From Octopus bimaculoides (lineage: Eukaryota): a DNA stretch of 64,000 nucleotides. Positions 57,852 to 64,000 of the stretch are shown in pieces. Made by a program: the position numbers and the translations under genes. Where the stretch lies: NCBI RefSeq assembly GCF_001194135.2, contig NC_068982.1, forward strand, positions 125,461,765-125,525,764, read 5' to 3'. Position 1 is the first letter of the stretch, and every line of letters starts with the position of its first letter. The notes beneath the pieces are model-generated. The model was not told the origin of the DNA and made no database searches. It worked only from the letters and a program-made list of their open reading frames with translations.

Positions 57852-58726
57852 CTAGCAGAGGCACCCGGCATTGCTCGGGAATGAAATTGTTGCTTATATA
57901 CTTGAAGAAAAAAAGGCAAAATATGCTGTATAGAAATTTGAGGACATTCTGTAGATGGACTCTCAGATGAATGATGGCTGTGCGCCTCTCATGAATGGGG
58001 AAAATTGAAGATGTGCCAAAAAGCCTCATTGGTACTTGGAAACTTTTACGAAAATTAAAATGGGGATTAAATGAAAAAAATGATTTACGTGAATATCCTC
58101 ACAATAGTAATTGAAATAAATGGCGATTGTGGAACCCCACGCGCGTCTTTGTAAATATGTTTGTATACATTTATGTATGTGTGTTTGTAAGGGACAAAGA
58201 GGTTTGTCATGTATACGTACATGCATAAATATACATACATCTTTGGATGCATGAATATGACAACACAGCCCTTGACTCACTCACACTCTCTCTTACAAAC
58301 ACGCACGCGCGCGCATACACACGTGTGTCTTTGTAAATATGTTTGCATACATTTATGCCTGTGTGTGTTTGTAAGAGACAGAGTGTGAGCGAGTCAAGGG
58401 GTGTGTGTATGCGTGTGAGACAGAGTGAGAGAGCGGTGTGTATGTAGTATTTACTCTCTCATACACACGAACACACACAAAATAGAGAGTGAAGCTTTTT
58501 GCCGCTGTTACGTCAATACCGGAAGTTGACATTGAAGAACCTTTTTAAAGAAGTGAATCTTAAATATAAAGCAATATTATTTATTTTTAATTTAAAAAAT
58601 CAAATGAAGAGCCTAACATTTATCCGAGGTCAAATTATTCATGCATCACAAGTATGGAAGCATTTGGTGAAGTCGATTTCACGTGAAAAGCGATTACACA
58701 CACATCTGTTTTATATATAGTATAGA
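57852..58726 (-). mobile_element. Non-autonomous Helitron (about 875 bp)
   Basis: Minus-strand 5' TCTATACTATATATAAAA; 3' hairpin CCCGAGCAATGCCGGG then CTAG; A|T target. Confidence 0.85.
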
Positions 58727-59624
58727 TAACAATTGCCATCCAAAGCAGACTACCAAACTAATATAGTGTATTGATCAAGGCTCAAGACAAAAACCAACAT
58801 GAGAACTGCTCTGGCAATGCCTTAAACAACAATTGAAAAAAAGGCTCCCTTGATGTGGTGAAGCATTTGCTTGTGAGGAAAACTGAAAGCAGTTTACTGA
58901 AATTAGATGAGGAAATGTCAGAGGAAAGCAATTTGATTAACTAGAAGCAGCCTCCCAACATGTAATAGCAATCATGGAACCTCAGTATTCAAGAGTTGAA
59001 ACCATAAGTTAAGTAGTTATGAGAATGAAGTCAAAACTGTTTTTGACCTTCCTATACAACCCATTCTCCTCTAAATATCAAAACCATTCCCTCACCCACT
59101 CCTGATGTCACTTTAAAATTATGCATTTTATTATACAATGGTGTTCTATGCCATTGAAACAGCTGCTGAGCACGAATTATGAACTTTTTATGTCAACAAA
59201 TAGTTCTTTGTTCATTGTGTGAATAAAAAGCAGAAAAGTATTAACTTCACAGGTAAAGAAAGTTTTATTTTACAAAATTTTATAGAAAGATAAAGGCTGC
59301 TCCATTTTACTGTTTACAAAAAACAACTTTATATGTAGACACGAAAGAGAGCACCTTTATCGGTGACAATCTTGTCTGTGCAGATGCTAGTACACATATG
59401 TAATACTAAAAGCATATGTAATATATGGGCGAGTAAAACAAGTTGGAATGACAATCCTTTTTTACTGCTATTACTTGGTCCCCTCAAAGGATTCTTTGTT
59501 GGCTCAGTGGTAGAAGTTATGGAAGAGTAAAGCGTTGACAAATCTAAAATGTAAGGATTCTGACTGATGTATCTGATTACACACTCCCCACAGAAGGACA
59601 GGAGGAATGAAAAACTCTTCATTC

Positions 59625-59785
59625 ATATCACTCTCGGAGTGGTTGGTGCTTAGGAAGAGCATCCAGCTGTAGAAACTCTGCCAAATCAGATTGGAGCCTG
59701 GTGTAGCCATTTGGTTCGCCAGTCCTCAGTCAAATCGTCCAACCCATGCTAGCATGGAAAGCGGACGTTAAACGATGATGATGAT
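59625..59785 (+). mobile_element. 3' end of an RTE-type LINE/SINE with a (GAT)n tail
   Basis: cccatgctagcatggaaagcggacgttaaacgatgatgatgat terminus; the family assignment is from recall. Confidence 0.55.
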
Positions 59786-60139
59786 AAAGAGTAATTTCTC
59801 TCTGCAATTATTCAAAATTATGTTTATCTTTTATAAAAATAAAAAGCAACATCCTTATTTAATTTGTTGGTCATTGGACTGTGGCAATTCTGCTTGTTTT
59901 AAACCTGGTGCTTACATTATCAGATAGACCATTATGCTTAGAACAGACAAACCAACACCAATTATCAAGAGGTGGAGAATACAAACACACAAGATGGGCT
60001 TCCACCAAATCCACTCACAAGGTATTGGTCGACCTGGGGCTATAGTAGAAGACAATTGTGCAAGGTGCCTCTAGTGCAAACATAATATCTGTAATAAAAG
60101 CACAACACATAGAACAATACAAAGGCAAAAAATGTTGTT

Positions 60140-60480
60140 AAATCTTTTATTAATACAAAATTACAGTTTACTTTACAAAATTGGTCCCTCATCCAGCCCA
60201 AATCATTACAGAAATAGTAGTGAGATTTCACCAGTCACAGCTATATATATATATATGTATGTATATATATATATATATTTATTTATTTTAAGAGGAATGA
60301 AGATAAGGAATATTCTTTACAAAAATAAAGATATTTGGACGGGTAATAATGTACAAGGGAAAGTGTCTTGTAAAGGAGCTCAATGAAACAGATATGCATA
60401 CAATTTCCTGTACATTATGAAGACATTATTACACAGACTAAGCTAATTGTTCCAGTTTTAAACATTAAAAAAGGTTTTAA
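60140..60480 (-). mobile_element. 3' noncoding region of the Penelope-like family at 24030-25130
   Basis: Reverse complement matches about 24680-24900 (gagctccttcacaagacactttcccttgtacattatt...). Confidence 0.8.
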
Positions 60481-60992
60481 AATGGAAAACTTGTATAATA
60501 TTCATTTAACCAAGTGTTAAATGCTCATTTAAATGGTTCCATTCATTTCCAGCTAATGGAATGTGGGGTGGGAAATATAACCCAGGAATAGGTTATTTGT
60601 AACAAACAGCAGTAAACTAGTTTTGCATGATGAGACTGGATGTTGACAACCCAGTTGGAAACACAAAAGGGATGGGGTTAGCAAATCTTTAGATTTGATA
60701 AGATGATTGTATTGTCACAAATAACTATACTAGACTATATAGTAACAGTCTTTTTATTAGATACACATTATCCCAAAATGGAATGTGTCAGATACTGCAA
60801 AGCTGGGGCAAATACCCAGCTATTCCAAGTTAGATATAGCTTATACATAAGCTAGTTAACTTTACAAGTATTTTGCATAATAGCAAAGACAAGAATCAAC
60901 CAATTGAAAAACTAGTAAAAAACCCCACATAATTTAATATACAAGACCCTAGAAATTACACAAATTGTTGCAGTGCTCAGCAAAGTCATAGC

Positions 60993-60994
<2 letters not shown>

Positions 60995-61085
<91 letters not shown>
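60995..61085. repeat. (GT)n microsatellite
   Basis: Directly visible. Confidence 0.95.
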
Positions 61086-61087
<2 letters not shown>

Positions 61088-62151
61088 CAAATTAAACATG
61101 ATGATAGATGAAGGTACAAGATATTTCAGACAAGTTATGTGAAAATGATATTTCTTACACCAACAAATCACTGGAGATGGGTAAAATGTATTCTTTGGTC
61201 TGTTTATCTCAAATGAAAAGATTAAAAATGCTGATAATTATTATGGAAATTCTGAGCTAGATACCAGCTACAAATGGAAAGGGACTTTCTAATTCTTTTA
61301 CCAGAAAAAAAAAACAAACAAAAAAAAACACTATGAATAAAAATTTAATTATAATTCATAATGGATCGATGATGCATATCCTGCAAATAGTCGCAAACAA
61401 AATATTTTTTAAAAATGGACTACTGATATATTTATTTTAAAAATGTATGACCAGTGGAGAGAGAGAGAAAAAAAGAGAAATCAGTAACTTGATGAAGGTT
61501 TATCACAACAGTTTCATATTCTAAAATTACGCTTTAGATAGCAGCTTAATAGAATATACACCACAATTTTTATGCATAGTATTATACTACATTCTACAAG
61601 TACAAATGGATATTGATAAATGCCTTAGTTGGAATACGTAATGTATAAAGTCTTATTCAAAATACATAAATTGGGATGGAAAAAAATGAATAGAAGGAAA
61701 AAAAACACAAAGTGAAATCATGCAATGAGAAAAAAAAAAAAAAAAAAAGTTCTTTTTGATTTTTTTTCACTAAATGAAATGGAAAAAATATCAACATAGA
61801 ATATTATGGAACACTACAGAAGATTTTACATAACAGGAAAATCTGATAAGCTGAGTATATAAAATGGCAACTACAGAAATTACTAACAGTTCTTTGTATA
61901 TGGAAGAACAGTCTTGTAATATAAAACTATGAAACTAATTTCAAATTTATTTATTTAAGAAACAAATGAATATTAGTTAAGGTTAAAAATTTTCAGATAT
62001 ATTTTTCGAAGTGTCAGAAAATTTCTGTAGATTGCCTTGAAATAGAAGTTTACAACTATTATAAATATCAAACTGTTTGGTGGGGTTCCTTTATTGAAAT
62101 TATTGGTTTGCATTTACATTTTAAAGTGTGCTTCATTTAAAGGAAGCATTC

Positions 62152-63316
62152 TTAACTAGTTGGCTTCTCTTTGAAAATCTTCCATAACTGTTTCACCAAA
62201 TCTGTCAAGACTAGGTCAGTTGAATTTTTACCTATTACTCTTAAGACAAAGACTCCATCATTGCGTAAATAGTTGTCTGCAAAGTTTCTATATTGTTTTT
62301 TATCGTTATTGATTAGTGGAGTAGCTGAAAGTTTCAAGTATTTCTTAACGTATGCTGCATTGTTACGTCGGTAAATCATGTAATAGAGCCAACTTATCAT
62401 GTTTGCTGAAGCTAAAATGGCTACAAAAACAAACCAGAACCAAAGGAAAATAAAAATCTTTTCATTGAACAGGTTAATAGGCAAGACACATTGGACAGTA
62501 AATCGTTGCAGATTAGTCATTTGCCGAATACTGAAATCACACAAAGTGACTCGTGGAAATAGTGGTGATTCTTTAAAAGCACCATATTCGTTGAAGTGTT
62601 GCATCACTTGGAAACCGTAAATGCCAAAATCAGTTGATAGAAAACTGTTTAACATAAAGAACTGTCCAATGATATTTACAAGATATAAGACTTTAATACT
62701 GAGATAAAGACCAGATAAATATGTTCCTTCACGTTTACCACAGAAGCAGCAGCAAATTTTGGCAAACTTTTGGCGAGTTTTCACAACGAAATTACAATGG
62801 TAAATACGATTAGAATCAAGCCAACGATCCATGAAATATGCTATGTGCTCGATAGTTTTCTTGCGATCATCAGGTGAACCATATTGAGTCTTCTCTGATA
62901 ATTCACAAAGCTTGTCTAAATTAACGCCTGAGGTGCCATGAAGAATTCTCCAGAGCAAATTCGGGGCTTTAAACAAAAGAGCTTGAAAAAGAAGAATTAA
63001 AGGCACCCACTGGTAGTATGTCAATTGCCTGTCTTCTCTTTCATTAATATTAACAGGAATCGTGTCTGACATTGGAATATAGTAAGTATTTGAAATCCAG
63101 CATATCCATTTGGTATAGGCAACATATGCTCCTGTGAATTGGGCTGGGCACCAACAGTGTATTGGGTCACCAACCAACTGGCCTGTAGTGACTACTATTG
63201 CAAAAAGAACAAGGACAACCGATGAGTATATATGGCTCATGCGATCAACCCAGTCATCATTGGCTGCTGAAGTTAGACGGGAGAAGGTGGAGAAGGATCC
63301 GAACACACCCCACACC
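62152..63316 (-). CDS. inx: Innexin (invertebrate gap-junction/hemichannel subunit), main coding exon; 5' exon unresolved
   Basis: DDWVDR, four TM segments, YYQWVP signature, extracellular Cys pairs (CWCP..C; FPRVTLCDF..QCVLPIN.FNEKIF); polypyrimidine tract plus CAG acceptor before 63316; stop TAA at 62152-62154. Confidence 0.95.
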
Positions 63317-63631
63317 CTGCAAAGAAAGAAAAACAAAGCTAATTAATATTTCTGAGCTATAATTACATCTGATAAATAATCGACAATAATCAAACTGCAA
63401 ACATTTATGTAGGAAAAATGTACAATTAACCGTTGATAAGTAATAGTTACAAGCATGTAAATGCAGTAGAACTTAACATGTTTGTAGCTATTTCTAGATA
63501 AAAGAATATTTATGCAAAGTATACGAAACATTTTCTTTACAAATTTGATTTAAAAAAAAAATTTTTTAATTTAAGAAAAATTAAATATTTTTCAAAACAG
63601 GTAAAAAAAAAGAAAGATTAAATATACTCAC

Positions 63632-63699
63632 CACCTGTCATGAATGGTATATGAAATAATATTTATCAATTTAAATATTTTACAATTCTATAGTGACAT
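63632..63699 (-). other. Candidate upstream innexin exon ending at a GTGAGT donor (phase 2)
   Basis: The donor at 63631 is phase-compatible with the acceptor at 63316, but the in-frame ATG (63699) is followed by TAG at codon 4. Confidence 0.3.
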
Positions 63700-64000
63700 G
63701 GCTTTTTATAGATATACATTATTTAGCTTAGATTTTTGCACTGGAGGAAGGCAAAAGCATTTTAGCAGTAGCATGCTTCTCAAATAGAGCTTATTTTAAT
63801 TGAATGTCCCTTCTCTTTCAGACAATAATTTGTGGAAGGTAGGTTTGGTGAGATTGTTCAGATGCTTGAGTGGAGATGTACAATTTTGTGCTGTTTCCAA
63901 GAAGTAAGGTGGAGAGGAAGTTCTGCTAAGTTTCTCACAGGCAAAGAACATAGGTATAAGATTTTCTGGGAAGGTAACACTCATGGGATTGGTGGTGTGG

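Noticed and set aside
63317-63336. ORF-track N-terminus MFFFLCR of the innexin
   Set aside because: It starts at TTG inside the intron polypyrimidine tract, upstream of the CAG acceptor.

Overview
AT-rich eukaryotic (animal) genomic scaffold with many N gaps and abundant microsatellites. The repeat families look octopod (inference from recognising the SINEs, not database-checked). The only convincing host gene is an innexin (gap-junction protein) on the minus strand near the right end: one large coding exon at 62152-63316, with its start exon unresolved. The rest is a transposon mosaic. It holds at least four tRNA-headed SINE families (labelled A-D here for convenience), L1/Tx1-like, Dong/R4-like, RTE and CR1/jockey-like LINE remnants, several Penelope-like GIY-YIG remnants, two Helitrons, Tc1/mariner/maT remnants and hAT and Tc1-type MITEs. 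Most ORF-track entries are artefacts of microsatellites or N runs. The most interesting observations are: very long direct repeats (about 60-150 bp) flanking three SINE insertions; a minimal hammerhead-ribozyme-like motif; a SINE whose 3' tail resembles the 3' UTR of an L1/Tx1-like LINE in the window; a nest of retroelements in one (TAA)n array; a candidate innexin first exon that is in frame but blocked by one UAG; and a compact E2F/CCAAT/E-box promoter-like island with no identified gene. No CRISPR arrays, rRNA or genuine tRNA genes were found.
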